Assembly (NCBI GenBank): GCA_964481525.1
Contig: CAYZTY010000004.1
Span: forward strand, 1-45,617
Source: an uncultured Pirellulales bacterium
GTDB lineage: Bacteria; Planctomycetota; Phycisphaerae; Sedimentisphaerales; CAYZTY01
DNA length: 45,617 nucleotides
Direction: 5' to 3'
Shown here: in pieces, positions 18,029 through 26,835 of the stretch
Numbering within the stretch: position 1 is the stretch's first letter
Layout: every line of letters starts with the position of its first letter
The notes under the pieces: model-generated
The model's database searches: none
Seen by the model: only the letters and a program-made list of their open reading frames with translations
What the model was told of the DNA's origin: nothing
Made by a program: the position numbers and the translations under genes

Positions 18029-18679
18029 GTGGCCCGGGAAGAGCAGGTGCTGGTTATAGAGCGAAAGGTCCTTGAGGAGGTCGGGATGTTTACCGGCCTG
18101 GCATTTGACGTGGACCGCTACCTTGGTAAAATTTTCGTTCCTGGCGTTCCCCGGTTCATACCCAGGTCAAAAGCGGAAAAAGACCCCTCTTATAAACAGC
18201 TTATTCCTTATGTAGTAATAGCACACGACGGCAAATACCTCAGCTATGTCAGGGGAAAACGGGCGGGCGAAACGCGCCTGCTCGGCTTGAGGTCCATCGG
18301 TATAGGGGGTCATATAAATCCGATTGACGCTGATAATAGTACTTTATTTGCCTATCTGTATGAAAATTATCTTGCCGCCGTCGAGCGCGAGGTAGCGGAA
18401 GAGATATCCGTAGAAACCAATCACACCGACAGAGTTGTCGCACTTCTAAACGATGAATCCAACGAAGTTGGAAGCGTTCACCTTGGAATAGTCCACTGCT
18501 GGGACCTGGACTCTCCGGAAGTCAGCAAAAAAGAGCAGATGATTACGCAGATGGCCTTTATGACTCCTGCCGAGCTGCGGGATGTCCGGGACACGATGGA
18601 GACGTGGTCACAGTTGTGCCTGGAAGGCCTTGACGAAATAGCGGGCAAGGCCGAGGACTATAATAAAAACATAAAATAG
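18029..18679 (+). CDS. Nudix-like hydrolase family protein
   Basis: A variant Nudix box is present: E-x7-REVAEEISV, after SIGIGGHINP. The GTG at 18029 is preceded by AAGGAG (18015-18020). The ORF-track start at 17858 would overlap glyA by 120 nt. Confidence 0.5.
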   Translation: MAREEQVLVIERKVLEEVGMFTGLAFDVDRYLGKIFVPGVPRFIPRSKAEKDPSYKQLIPYVVIAHDGKYLSYVRGKRAGETRLLGLRSIGIGGHINPIDADNSTLFAYLYENYLAAVEREVAEEISVETNHTDRVVALLNDESNEVGSVHLGIVHCWDLDSPEVSKKEQMITQMAFMTPAELRDVRDTMETWSQLCLEGLDEIAGKAEDYNKNIK

Positions 18680-18687
18680 CAGGTAGC

Positions 18688-19101
18688 ATGAACATTAAAT
18701 GTTTCTTTGGCTTGTTCGTCAGGATTATCATCTCTGTTATTTTCGCAGGTGTTTTTTATATCGGCTGGTTGGCCGTTGCTATTCCGGTACTTAAGTCAGG
18801 CCCCTTGTTTGCAAAGGCTCTTTGCTGGCTATCGGCACCTTTTGTTACCGGCGCGGGCTTTGCCGTCGGGACCGCGTTGTTTGAGCTGCTGCCCGGCACG
18901 AGGAAAAGCAAGCTTCGTGATATCGTGCTGTGGCCGATGGCCGGCTGCGCGATCGGGGCCGCCGTTGTTTTCTTTTTCGGCCCGATGCTAATTGTTTTTG
19001 CGATGTTTGGCCTGGGCACGACGAGTGTCCTGGCAAAAGAAATTGTCAGTATGAAAAAGCGTAAAATGGAAATTGAAAGTGCCTCGTCGGAAAATGTTTA
19101 A
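18688..19101 (+). CDS. small integral membrane protein (about 4 TM)
   Basis: The protein is 137 aa with four hydrophobic segments and a charged C-terminal tail. I recognise no named motif. Confidence 0.5.
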   Translation: MNIKCFFGLFVRIIISVIFAGVFYIGWLAVAIPVLKSGPLFAKALCWLSAPFVTGAGFAVGTALFELLPGTRKSKLRDIVLWPMAGCAIGAAVVFFFGPMLIVFAMFGLGTTSVLAKEIVSMKKRKMEIESASSENV

Positions 19102-19105
19102 TTAA

Positions 19106-19396
19106 ATGGAGGTGTTTGATATGACTAATGATGAGCTTAATAATTTATTGGATGTGGTAGCGAGCGTTTTGCTTCGATGTTTATTGCTTGCTTTCTGTTT
19201 ATTATTGTTCTGGTTTTTCTTTTATTTAGCTGCAAGTGATTGGATGTACGGCATGCATTCGAGATTGTTCACGATAGACAGGCACAATTTTGACATGATG
19301 ATGTATTATGGGATTGGAATTACTAAAATAATTACCTTTATGTTCTTCTTATTCCCATACGTTTCCATCAAGTTAATTTTGAAAGAGAGAAAATAG
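19106..19396 (+). CDS. small membrane protein (2-3 TM)
   Basis: The protein is 96 aa and AT-rich, with hydrophobic segments LLRCLLLAFCLLLFWFFFYLA and ITKIITFMFFLFPYVSI. The start could be the ATG at 19121. Confidence 0.4.
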   Translation: MEVFDMTNDELNNLLDVVASVLLRCLLLAFCLLLFWFFFYLAASDWMYGMHSRLFTIDRHNFDMMMYYGIGITKIITFMFFLFPYVSIKLILKERK

Positions 19397-19475
19397 TCGA
19401 CAAGACAGAAGGCGGGAAGGCGACAGTTGTTAGTGAGCGGTATTTGGATGGTAGTTTTATTTGGAGGGAAAAATT

Positions 19476-19685
19476 ATGAGTAGAAATGCAGCGCTTAAGA
19501 TTTTGAATCCGATTCTGGCAGTATTTTTTGTCAATCAGGCGGTTACAGTATTATTCCGCGAGCATCTCTCATACAAGGCATTCGAGATTTTTCACAAAGG
19601 AGGCGGGGTAATCTTAATCGGCCTTATTGTTGTACACTTCATATTGAACTTTAACTGGGTGAAGGCAAATTACTTTCCTAAATAG
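19476..19685 (+). CDS. small membrane protein (2 TM)
   Basis: The ATG at 19476 is preceded by GGAGGG (19463-19468). The 69-aa product has two hydrophobic helices and His residues (FHKGGG…VVHFILNFNW). Confidence 0.45.
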   Translation: MSRNAALKILNPILAVFFVNQAVTVLFREHLSYKAFEIFHKGGGVILIGLIVVHFILNFNWVKANYFPK

Positions 19686-19845
19686 TGGGATTGGAGAATG
19701 GTAACTGGTAAATGGTTAAATGGTAATTCCGCCGTCCAGCCTCCGGCGGACAAGCGGTGATTTAGGGAATCAGGTTATCAGTAGAACAGGAAATCAAGAG
19801 GGAATTTATTTTCTCTGTGTTTCTGTGGTTAATCTTTGAAATGTC

Positions 19846-19888
19846 AAAATGAGACGGGCTCCGCCTTCAGCGGAGCCCGTTGGTTTTC
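19846..19888. terminator. bidirectional intrinsic terminator between convergent genes
   Basis: A perfect 11-bp stem, ACGGGCTCCGC (19854-19864) with GCGGAGCCCGT (19870-19880), closes a 5-nt loop. TGGTTTT follows on the plus strand and CTCATTTTG follows on the minus strand. Confidence 0.7.
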
Positions 19889-19906
19889 GTGGTGTTGTGC
19901 TCTGGA

Positions 19907-20110
19907 TCAGGCAGGAATTACGTTTGTCGCACAGGGCCCCTTTTTGCCCTGTCCAACCTCGAATTCCACGCTTTGGCCGTCCTGGAGACTGGCGTAACCG
20001 GTCGTCTTGATTTCTGAGTGATGAACGAACAAATCATCACCGCCGTCATTGGGTGTAATGAATCCAAAACCTTTTTTCCCATCGAACCATTTTACTGTAC
20101 CTTTGCTCAC
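19907..20110 (-). CDS. cspA: cold-shock protein (CspA family)
   Basis: The protein is 67 aa. It has [20 protein letters not shown] (RNP1) and DLFVHHSEI (RNP2). Confidence 0.9.
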   Translation of the reverse strand: MSKGTVKWFDGKKGFGFITPNDGGDDLFVHHSEIKTTGYASLQDGQSVEFEVGQGKKGPCATNVIPA

Positions 20111-20217
20111 TCGTGTGCTCCTTTGGCCTACTAAATGGCCGTAAATTTGCCTCTCGGGTTTTTGAAGAGAATATTCTTGAGAGACGTGAGAATATACCCC
20201 TATCCATGTTTTTATCT

Positions 20218-20245
20218 ATTATATCGGGAGAATTAACCGTGTCAA
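20218..20245 (-). promoter_or_regulatory. near-consensus sigma70 promoter for csp
   Basis: The minus strand reads TTGACA (20240-20245), a 16-nt spacer, then TATAAT (20218-20223), with an A/T-rich upstream tract. This predicts a 5' UTR of about 100 nt, typical for cspA-type genes. Confidence 0.6.
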
Positions 20246-20387
20246 TAAAAATTATTATAACAGGTAATGGTTAATTAGTTAAATAGCAGAACCCGCCTGC
20301 GGCGGGTAAAAGGCGGAATCAACTCCTGATTTCCCCCAGGAAATAAATGTTTCTTTTTGGCCAAAGAGGAGTAAAATTACGGCGGTA

Positions 20388-21440
20388 ATGAGCGAAAATA
20401 AATTAAAAACTGCAGTGCTGGGGTTGAGCGAGAAGGGCCGGGGCCTGCTCGAAGCGGCCTGGCAAAGTGAGTATTATCAGGTACAGGCCGTGGCCGATGC
20501 GGATGCTGAACTTGCCCAGAAACTGGCCGGCAGATACGACTGCGAATACTACAGCGACTACCGGCAGTTGATTATCCAGAACCAGTTTGATGTCCTTTTA
20601 GTGGCTGCGCCGAGTCATACCTGTGCCGAACACATCCAGGCGGCGATGAGGAAGAAGTTCAATGTGCTGAAGCTTGCCCCGGCAGGGCCGAACTTCGAGA
20701 AGGCAGTGCAGCTCGTAAAGCTCGCGGAAAGTGAAGGAGTAAAATTCGGTGTGGTGAATCTGCGGCGCTTTGCCGAGAGCTTTCGCGCAGCACAGGATTA
20801 TATAAAGCAAAATAGTCTGGAGCAGATTTACCTTGTGACGGCCTTTTGCGGGTTTTCGGAGCGCAGCGGCGAGAAGTGGCGGAGCGATCCTGAGCTTGCC
20901 GGCGGCGGGGTGCTGCTGTATCCCTGTTACGAAATGGTTGACCGGATTATTGCCAATTTCTCCATTCCTCAACAGGTTTATTCGTTGAGTCTTAATCAGG
21001 CTCCGGACAAGCTACAGCGGTCCTTACTGACCGAGGAATTGGCGGTTGTGACAATGAAATTCAGCGACCGGCTGATAGGTAATCTCATTGCAAGTGAGGT
21101 TTTCGGACCTGTTCGGCAGGAATTGAGGATTTACGGCAAGAACGGCAGCTTGGCCGTCACTAATGAAAGGCTGACTGTATATGACCGACTCGGGGAGGTG
21201 CTCGAAGAGTTCCGCTACGAGTACAATGAGCAGCAACTTATAATTCAATTGCTTGAGAATTTTGCCGGGAGCATACTTTCGCCTGACAGTGTTGGGCTTT
21301 GTTGCGGGGCCGCTGAGAACCTGCCAACGATGGCCCTTATCGAGGCGGCTTATCTTTCGGCCAGGACGGCAATGCCCGAAGAGCCCGAAAGAGTACTGCG
21401 GAGGGGATATCCGGCGCCGGTTGGTATTTGGCCGACATAA
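20388..21440 (+). CDS. Gfo/Idh/MocA-family oxidoreductase
   Basis: The protein is 350 aa with an N-terminal Rossmann segment KTAVLGLSEKGRG. DVLLVAAPSHTCAEH … VLKLAP corresponds to the EKP-motif region. A C-terminal alpha/beta domain follows. Confidence 0.65.
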   Translation: MSENKLKTAVLGLSEKGRGLLEAAWQSEYYQVQAVADADAELAQKLAGRYDCEYYSDYRQLIIQNQFDVLLVAAPSHTCAEHIQAAMRKKFNVLKLAPAGPNFEKAVQLVKLAESEGVKFGVVNLRRFAESFRAAQDYIKQNSLEQIYLVTAFCGFSERSGEKWRSDPELAGGGVLLYPCYEMVDRIIANFSIPQQVYSLSLNQAPDKLQRSLLTEELAVVTMKFSDRLIGNLIASEVFGPVRQELRIYGKNGSLAVTNERLTVYDRLGEVLEEFRYEYNEQQLIIQLLENFAGSILSPDSVGLCCGAAENLPTMALIEAAYLSARTAMPEEPERVLRRGYPAPVGIWPT

Positions 21441-21528
21441 AAAAAAATAGGTTCTTGACAAAAACCGGAGCGGCCAATAGTTTGTTATTTGTGTTGTGAA
21501 CAGTGCTGTTTTGTCTGGAGGCTAAATT

Positions 21529-21957
21529 ATGCAGGAACAGCAGCTTAAAATCGCTTTATTCGTCAGTCTGGCATTGACGGTGCTTCTCGTTGCTGGGTTT
21601 GTAATCGAGTCATTAAGTAGTATGGGCGGCAGCGAAATTGCCGAGGCAGCTCAGGCCGGGGGTATTTGGATGCTGTGCGAGAACCCGGACTGCGAAGCCG
21701 CTTACGAGGTGACCGAGGAAGAGTTCTTGGAGCTGATGAGGTCAAAGGGCAGACCTGGCCTGAGAATGATTAGCCAATTGGCTTTTCGTTGTAAAAAGTG
21801 CGGCCAGGAGACGGCTTACCGTGGTATGAAATGCCCGAAATGCGGTGCGCTGTTTATTAAAGAAGATGTAATGGGGGACTATGCGGATAGATGCCCCGAA
21901 TGTGGCTATAGCGCCATCGAAGAAATGTTGAAAAGCAAAAGAGCAAAAAAGCGTTAG
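21529..21957 (+). CDS. membrane-anchored multi-zinc-ribbon protein
   Basis: The protein is 142 aa with one N-terminal TM helix. It has four CxxC pairs (CENPDC, CKKCG, CPKCG, CPECG). Confidence 0.45.
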   Translation: MQEQQLKIALFVSLALTVLLVAGFVIESLSSMGGSEIAEAAQAGGIWMLCENPDCEAAYEVTEEEFLELMRSKGRPGLRMISQLAFRCKKCGQETAYRGMKCPKCGALFIKEDVMGDYADRCPECGYSAIEEMLKSKRAKKR

Positions 21958-22115
21958 CTGTATAAGGTGTTCAGCGTAACGTTTTTGAAAAAGGGATTTT
22001 TTATTTCCAGGTCATAATCTGAAGTTCTGGAGGGATGGATTCAATTCAGCTTTGCCAGGATGTACCTGCGATAATCTTCGAAGCCGATTTTCCCGCCTGA
22101 GATATTGGAATTTCT

Positions 22116-22144
22116 TTGCAAGCCCAACAAATATATATTATAGT
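22116..22144 (+). promoter_or_regulatory. candidate sigma70-type promoter for the rnf operon
   Basis: TTGCAA (22116-22121), a 17-nt spacer, then TATAGT (22139-22144). It lies about 30 nt upstream of the first ATG of the cluster. Confidence 0.4.
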
Positions 22145-22173
22145 CTGCGTTTTTCCTGGTGCGGCAAGAAATT

Positions 22174-22455
22174 ATGGCAGAAGAGCAATTATGTCAAAGC
22201 TGTGGTCAGCGGCATGACTGCGAACAAATCTACCGGCAGATGGGCAATGTGAAGGGGCCCTGCATCGCTGTAAGCGTACTTTTGGTCTTTTTGCTGCCGA
22301 TTGCCGTTTTCATTGGCGGTTTGGTAATCTCACAAAGTGCCATTGCCCGTCTGATACAGAAGCAGTCGGTTGCTATTTTAACTTCTTTTATTTTTGCCGC
22401 AGCTATGAGTTTTCTCGTTATCCTGGTTGTTCGAAGTGTGTTGAAAAAAAGGTAA
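22174..22455 (+). CDS. RseC/MucC-like small membrane protein (Rnf-associated)
   Basis: The protein is 93 aa. An N-terminal Cys cluster (CQSCGQRHDC) is followed by two TM helices. It sits immediately upstream of rnfC, as RseC-family genes often do. Confidence 0.45.
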   Translation: MAEEQLCQSCGQRHDCEQIYRQMGNVKGPCIAVSVLLVFLLPIAVFIGGLVISQSAIARLIQKQSVAILTSFIFAAAMSFLVILVVRSVLKKR

Positions 22456-22477
22456 TGCAAAGGGATTATTAGAGACG

Positions 22478-23848
22478 GTGATAGCTGCTGCTAAAACGGG
22501 GCGTACTTTTCCAGGTGGGGTCCATCCGCCCGGGCGTAAGGGGCTGACCGAAGATAGTGCAATTCAATCGGTCCCGGTTCCCAAACAGCTTGCCGTGTTG
22601 CTCAGTCAACATATAGGAGCTGTTTGCAGGCCCTTAGTGGCAAAGAAGGATACTGTCAAAGCGGGCCAGAAAATCGGCGAGGCTGATGCCTTCGTTTCTG
22701 CCCCGGTGCATTCACCTCTAAACGGTACCATAAAAGAGATAGCGCTGCAGCCTCATCCGGTTCTTGGGCGAACTATGGGCATACTTATCGAGGTCGATAC
22801 GGACAACGCAGCGGTCAAGGAACCCCGTGCCGAGCAGTTTGACGCTGAGTTTGATGAAAAAAAATTCTCGGACGAACAGATACTCCAGGCAGTTCGGGAG
22901 GCCGGCATTGTTGGCATGGGCGGGGCGGGATTTCCGACGCGGGTGAAGCTCGAGCCCAATAAAGCAAATCCCATAAAAACTATGGTCGTCAACGGCTGCG
23001 AATGCGAGCCTTTCATAACCTGTGATTATAGAGTAATGCTCGAATGGACCGAGCAGGTCATTGCCGGGATCAAACTTGTAAGAAAAGTTCTAAAGCCCGA
23101 GAGTCTATTCATCGGCATTGAAGATAACAAACCGCAGGCAATAGAAGTGATGAAGGGGGCGGTGAGCAAGTCTGACGGTATCCAGGTTGTCCCGCTGAGG
23201 ACGAAATATCCGCAGGGTGGTGAACGGCAGCTAATAAAATCGATTCTCAACCAGGATGTACCAACGCTGGGTATTCCGCCTATGATAAATGTGCTGGTGT
23301 TGAATATTGCCACGGCCGCGGCGATTGCTGAGGCGGTGGTTTTCGACGAGCCGTTGACTCACCGTGTTGTTACAGTGACCGGCCCAGGAGTAGAGCGGCC
23401 GGGGAATTTCTATGTCCCCATAGGTATGACTGTCGGTGAGCTGATAGAGGCCTGTGGTGGCCTGAAGCCGGATGTCGTGAAGGTGATACTCGGCGGGCCG
23501 ATGATGGGTATCTCCATCGCTGACTTATCGTGCCCAATAACCAAAACCACCGGAGCAATTACCGTCCTGACTGCAAAGGAAATCGGCAGGGCCAAACTCG
23601 ATGTACGAGAAACCGCCTGCATCCGCTGCGGAAGATGTATCCAGGTCTGTCCGATTAATTTGAATCCGACGAAGATTGCCCATGCGGTTAAACACGGCCT
23701 TTTTGATGTTGCGCAGGCTTATTACCAGGCAGCGTGCATCGAGTGCGGCTGCTGTAGCTATGTTTGTCCGGCTAACATAGAGTTGACCGGATATATAAAG
23801 ACCGGAAAGGTAGTGGTCGCCAGAATGAAAAAACAGGTTTCGAAATGA
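22478..23848 (+). CDS. rnfC: Rnf electron-transport complex subunit C
   Basis: The protein is 456 aa with a GTG start. The N-terminus is FPGGVHPP and the NADH/FMN-binding region is GIVGMGGAGFPT. Two 4Fe-4S motifs are present (CIRCGRCIQVCP and CIECGCCSYVCP). Confidence 0.9.
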   Translation: MIAAAKTGRTFPGGVHPPGRKGLTEDSAIQSVPVPKQLAVLLSQHIGAVCRPLVAKKDTVKAGQKIGEADAFVSAPVHSPLNGTIKEIALQPHPVLGRTMGILIEVDTDNAAVKEPRAEQFDAEFDEKKFSDEQILQAVREAGIVGMGGAGFPTRVKLEPNKANPIKTMVVNGCECEPFITCDYRVMLEWTEQVIAGIKLVRKVLKPESLFIGIEDNKPQAIEVMKGAVSKSDGIQVVPLRTKYPQGGERQLIKSILNQDVPTLGIPPMINVLVLNIATAAAIAEAVVFDEPLTHRVVTVTGPGVERPGNFYVPIGMTVGELIEACGGLKPDVVKVILGGPMMGISIADLSCPITKTTGAITVLTAKEIGRAKLDVRETACIRCGRCIQVCPINLNPTKIAHAVKHGLFDVAQAYYQAACIECGCCSYVCPANIELTGYIKTGKVVVARMKKQVSK

Positions 23849-24900
23849 GTGTGAACGGGAAAGAGCCAATGCCTAAGAAAATAAGAATTTCACCTGCTCC
23901 CCATATATCACACCATTTTTCAACGCGCAGTGTGATGATTGACGTGATAATCGCCCTTGTTCCGGCGATGGCTGCCGCCGGTTACTATTTTAGATTTTAT
24001 GCTCTTTTGTTAATTGCCACTTGTATTCTATCTGCCGTAACCACCGAGTGGATTTGTAATCTCATTCGCAGGAAGCCCAGCTCGCTTGACGACTTTAGTG
24101 CGGTAGTAACCGGATTAATCCTTGCTTTGTCATTGCCGCCGGCTATTCCGGTCTGGGCGGCGGTAATCGGCAGCTCATTTTCAATCGCCATTGGAAAGAT
24201 GGTTTTTGGCGGCCTGGGCTCGAATATATTTAATCCTGCTATGGTAGGCAGGACCTTTTTAACCGCCTGCTTCGGTATGCTGATGACAACGTGGACCGTC
24301 CCGGCAAATATTGATTCCCGTATGCCGACAATTTCGGCTGCTATGCCCGATACAGTAACTCAGGCCACACCCCTGGCCTGGAGTAAGCAGGCCATAAAAA
24401 CAAGAAACCTCGAAGATAAAGCAAAGCTGGTTCCTGCAAGTAGTGCAAACAGTCTGATGGCTGATATGTTCTGGGGCCGAGTTGGTGGGTGTCTTGGTGA
24501 GACAAGCGCTTTTGCTCTTTTAATCGGCGGAGCGTATCTACTTATCCGGCGAACTATACAGCCCCACATTCCATTGGCCGTGTTGGGTTCGGCCTTTCTC
24601 ATCGCAACTATTGGTTATCTTGCCAACCCCGATGCCTTTATCAATCCGCTGGCACATCTGGCGAGCGGCGGGATGCTGCTTTGCGCCTTTTTCATTGCCA
24701 CCGACCCCGTTACCGCTCCGCTGACCGCGAAGGGTATGTGGATATTCGGGATTGGCGTCGGCGGTATTACTATGTTGATTCGTCTGCTCGGCGAGTATCC
24801 AGAAGGTGTTATGTACGCGGTGCTTTTGATGAATGCAGTTACACCTTTGATTGACAGGTACTGCAAGCTAATCCCGGCTGGAGGTGTTCCCGATGCTTAA
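23845..24900 (+). CDS. rnfD: Rnf complex subunit D
   Basis: The protein is a polytopic membrane protein of 351 aa in the NqrB/RnfD family. It carries the FMN-attachment region FIATDPVTAP. Its start overlaps the rnfC stop. Confidence 0.9.
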   Translation: MSVNGKEPMPKKIRISPAPHISHHFSTRSVMIDVIIALVPAMAAAGYYFRFYALLLIATCILSAVTTEWICNLIRRKPSSLDDFSAVVTGLILALSLPPAIPVWAAVIGSSFSIAIGKMVFGGLGSNIFNPAMVGRTFLTACFGMLMTTWTVPANIDSRMPTISAAMPDTVTQATPLAWSKQAIKTRNLEDKAKLVPASSANSLMADMFWGRVGGCLGETSAFALLIGGAYLLIRRTIQPHIPLAVLGSAFLIATIGYLANPDAFINPLAHLASGGMLLCAFFIATDPVTAPLTAKGMWIFGIGVGGITMLIRLLGEYPEGVMYAVLLMNAVTPLIDRYCKLIPAGGVPDA

Positions 24901-25516
24901 GAACATAAAACATTTTATCGAGCAAAGCTGGCTGCTGATTGTTAGCTCTTTTGTCTTTGGGCTGCTGCTGGCCGCTGCGAACGCCGCCTGGATGCCCAGA
25001 ATCCAGCAGAATAAAATTGACAAGCTCAATCGGCTGATGAGCGGACTGCTTACCGGAGCGGAGAAGTTCGACCTTGTTGTTGCACAAATCGACGTCAGTC
25101 TGCCGAAGGGCAGGAAGACAAGAAGCGATATTTACAAAGCGCTATCGGACGACGGTGGATGCCTTGGCTGGGCCTTCGGCGCCGAGGGCAGCGGCTTTGC
25201 GGACAAAATCGAGCTGGTCATAGCGGTTGATGAAAATTTTGAAAGACTGGCCGGCTTTGATGTGCTGGCAAGCAATGAGACGCCCGGCTTTGGGGACCAG
25301 ATAAAATTAGATTACTACCGCAACCAATTCAAGAATGCACCTGCAGCGAAGCTTGAGCTTCTAAAGACCGGCGATGCTCAAAAAATCGATTCAGAAATTG
25401 TGGCTATTACCGGCGCGACTGTGAGCAGTGAAGCGGTTGTTGCCATACTCAATAATTATATGGAGCAAGTAAAGAAGCAATTGTTGGAGAAGGGATTAAT
25501 CGGAAATGGCGAGTGA
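24884..25516 (+). CDS. rnfG: Rnf complex subunit G
   Basis: The protein is 210 aa with one N-terminal TM helix and the FMN-binding motif ITGATVSSEAV. Confidence 0.85.
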   Translation: MFPMLKNIKHFIEQSWLLIVSSFVFGLLLAAANAAWMPRIQQNKIDKLNRLMSGLLTGAEKFDLVVAQIDVSLPKGRKTRSDIYKALSDDGGCLGWAFGAEGSGFADKIELVIAVDENFERLAGFDVLASNETPGFGDQIKLDYYRNQFKNAPAAKLELLKTGDAQKIDSEIVAITGATVSSEAVVAILNNYMEQVKKQLLEKGLIGNGE

Positions 25517-26126
25517 CGGTACAGTAGCAGTTGGTAAATATGGCGAGACCTTCCTGGCCGGTCTGTGGCGTGAGAACCCGGTTTTTCGGCTGCTTCTTGG
25601 AATGTGCCCGACCCTGGCTGTAACGGCGGCGGTGAAACCGGCGCTGACGATGGGTCTTAGCGTGATTTTCGTGCTGCTGTGCAGCAATATCGTCGTCAGT
25701 CTGATGCGTAAGGCGCTGAAACCGCATCTTAGAATCCTTATGTTTACTTTGACCATCTCGACGTTTGTTACTATTGCCGATTTGTTTCTGAAGGCTTTCA
25801 CGCCGGAGATGAGCGCGACGCTGGGGCCTTATGTGCCTTTGATTATCGTCAACTGCATAATAATTTGTCGGGCCGAGGCGTGTGCCAGTAAGAACCCACT
25901 AATGGTAAGCGTTCTCGATGCTATTGGAATGGGAGTTGGCTTTACCGGCGCTTTATGCGTGCTTGCGGGTGTTAGAGAAATTCTTTCCACCGGCTGTATA
26001 TGGGAAATAAAGATTATGCCCGATGCTTTTGTGCCCTGGACGGCAATGAGGATGCCCGTTGGTGCATTCCTGAGCCTGGGACTTTTGCTTGGATTGATAA
26101 ATTTCATAACTAAAAAACGCGGCTGA
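25506..26126 (+). CDS. rnfE: Rnf complex subunit E
   Basis: The protein is 206 aa with 6 TM helices in the NqrD/RnfE family (NPVFRLLLGMCPTLAVT; IVNCIIICRAEA). Confidence 0.85.
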   Translation: MASDGTVAVGKYGETFLAGLWRENPVFRLLLGMCPTLAVTAAVKPALTMGLSVIFVLLCSNIVVSLMRKALKPHLRILMFTLTISTFVTIADLFLKAFTPEMSATLGPYVPLIIVNCIIICRAEACASKNPLMVSVLDAIGMGVGFTGALCVLAGVREILSTGCIWEIKIMPDAFVPWTAMRMPVGAFLSLGLLLGLINFITKKRG

Positions 26127-26143
26127 TTCAGAAAGCAGGTGAT

Positions 26144-26734
26144 ATGGATACTCTGAATGTTTTATTGATGGGTTTTATATCGATTGTTCTGATTAACAAT
26201 CTGGTCTTCACCAAGTTTTTGGGGATATGCCCTTATCTTGGTGTCAGCGGCAGAATCGATATGGCCTTCGGTATGGGCTGTGCGGTAACCTTTGTTGTAA
26301 CGCTTAGCGGCACTCTGACTTGGCTTATCGACCATTTGATTTTAATGCCGGCTAACCTTGAGGTAACACGTTACGTATGTTTCATATTGGTTATTGCCGG
26401 GGCGGTACAGCTTGTGGAGATGTATCTGAGGAAGTTCTTCCCGTCCCTGTACGAGAGCTTTGGTATATTCCTGCCTCTGATTACAACCAACTGCGCCATA
26501 CTGGGTCTGTGTTTGTTTATCAACCTCTGGGGTATTGATAATCTGCTTGAAGCAGTTGTGCTTAGCTTCGGGGCGGGAATAGGTTTTACAATGGCGATAT
26601 GTATTATGGCCGGTATACGTGAGAGTCTTAACCTGGCGGATGTGCCGGAGTGCCTGAAGGGAGCGCCAATTACGCTGATTACAGCGGGCATTCTCACTCT
26701 TGCGTTTATGGGTTTTGCGGGAATGATAAAATGA
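26144..26734 (+). CDS. rnfA: Rnf complex subunit A
   Basis: The protein is 196 aa with 6 TM helices in the NqrE/RnfA family (NNLVFTKFLGICPYLGVS; LITTNCAILG). Confidence 0.85.
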   Translation: MDTLNVLLMGFISIVLINNLVFTKFLGICPYLGVSGRIDMAFGMGCAVTFVVTLSGTLTWLIDHLILMPANLEVTRYVCFILVIAGAVQLVEMYLRKFFPSLYESFGIFLPLITTNCAILGLCLFINLWGIDNLLEAVVLSFGAGIGFTMAICIMAGIRESLNLADVPECLKGAPITLITAGILTLAFMGFAGMIK

Positions 26735-26742
26735 TGTTTGCG

Positions 26743-26812
26743 TATCTCATATCTCGTATCTCTTATCTCGTGTTGTGCTTCACGCTTCACGCTTCACAGG
26801 TTACGCTTCACG
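26743..26812 (+). repeat. ten phased heptads (4x TATCTCN, spacer heptad, 5x CTTCACG-like) in the rnfA-rnfB spacer
   Basis: The run reads TATCTCA TATCTCG TATCTCT TATCTCG TGTTGTG CTTCACG CTTCACG CTTCACA GGTTACG CTTCACG. A 9-bp inverted repeat is also present: TATCTCGTG (26764-26772) and CACGAGATA (26809-26817). Confidence 0.85.
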
Positions 26813-26835
26813 AGATATGGCCGGCGGGTGCCACT

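Noticed and set aside
26650-26835. RnfB starting at 26650 or 26731
   Set aside because: A start at 26650 would overlap rnfA by 85 nt. Both alternatives add sequence unlike any RnfB N-terminus and read through heptad repeats. The canonical TM helix plus CGACGFAGC motif begins at the Met at 26836. The 26731 start is kept as a low-probability alternative.
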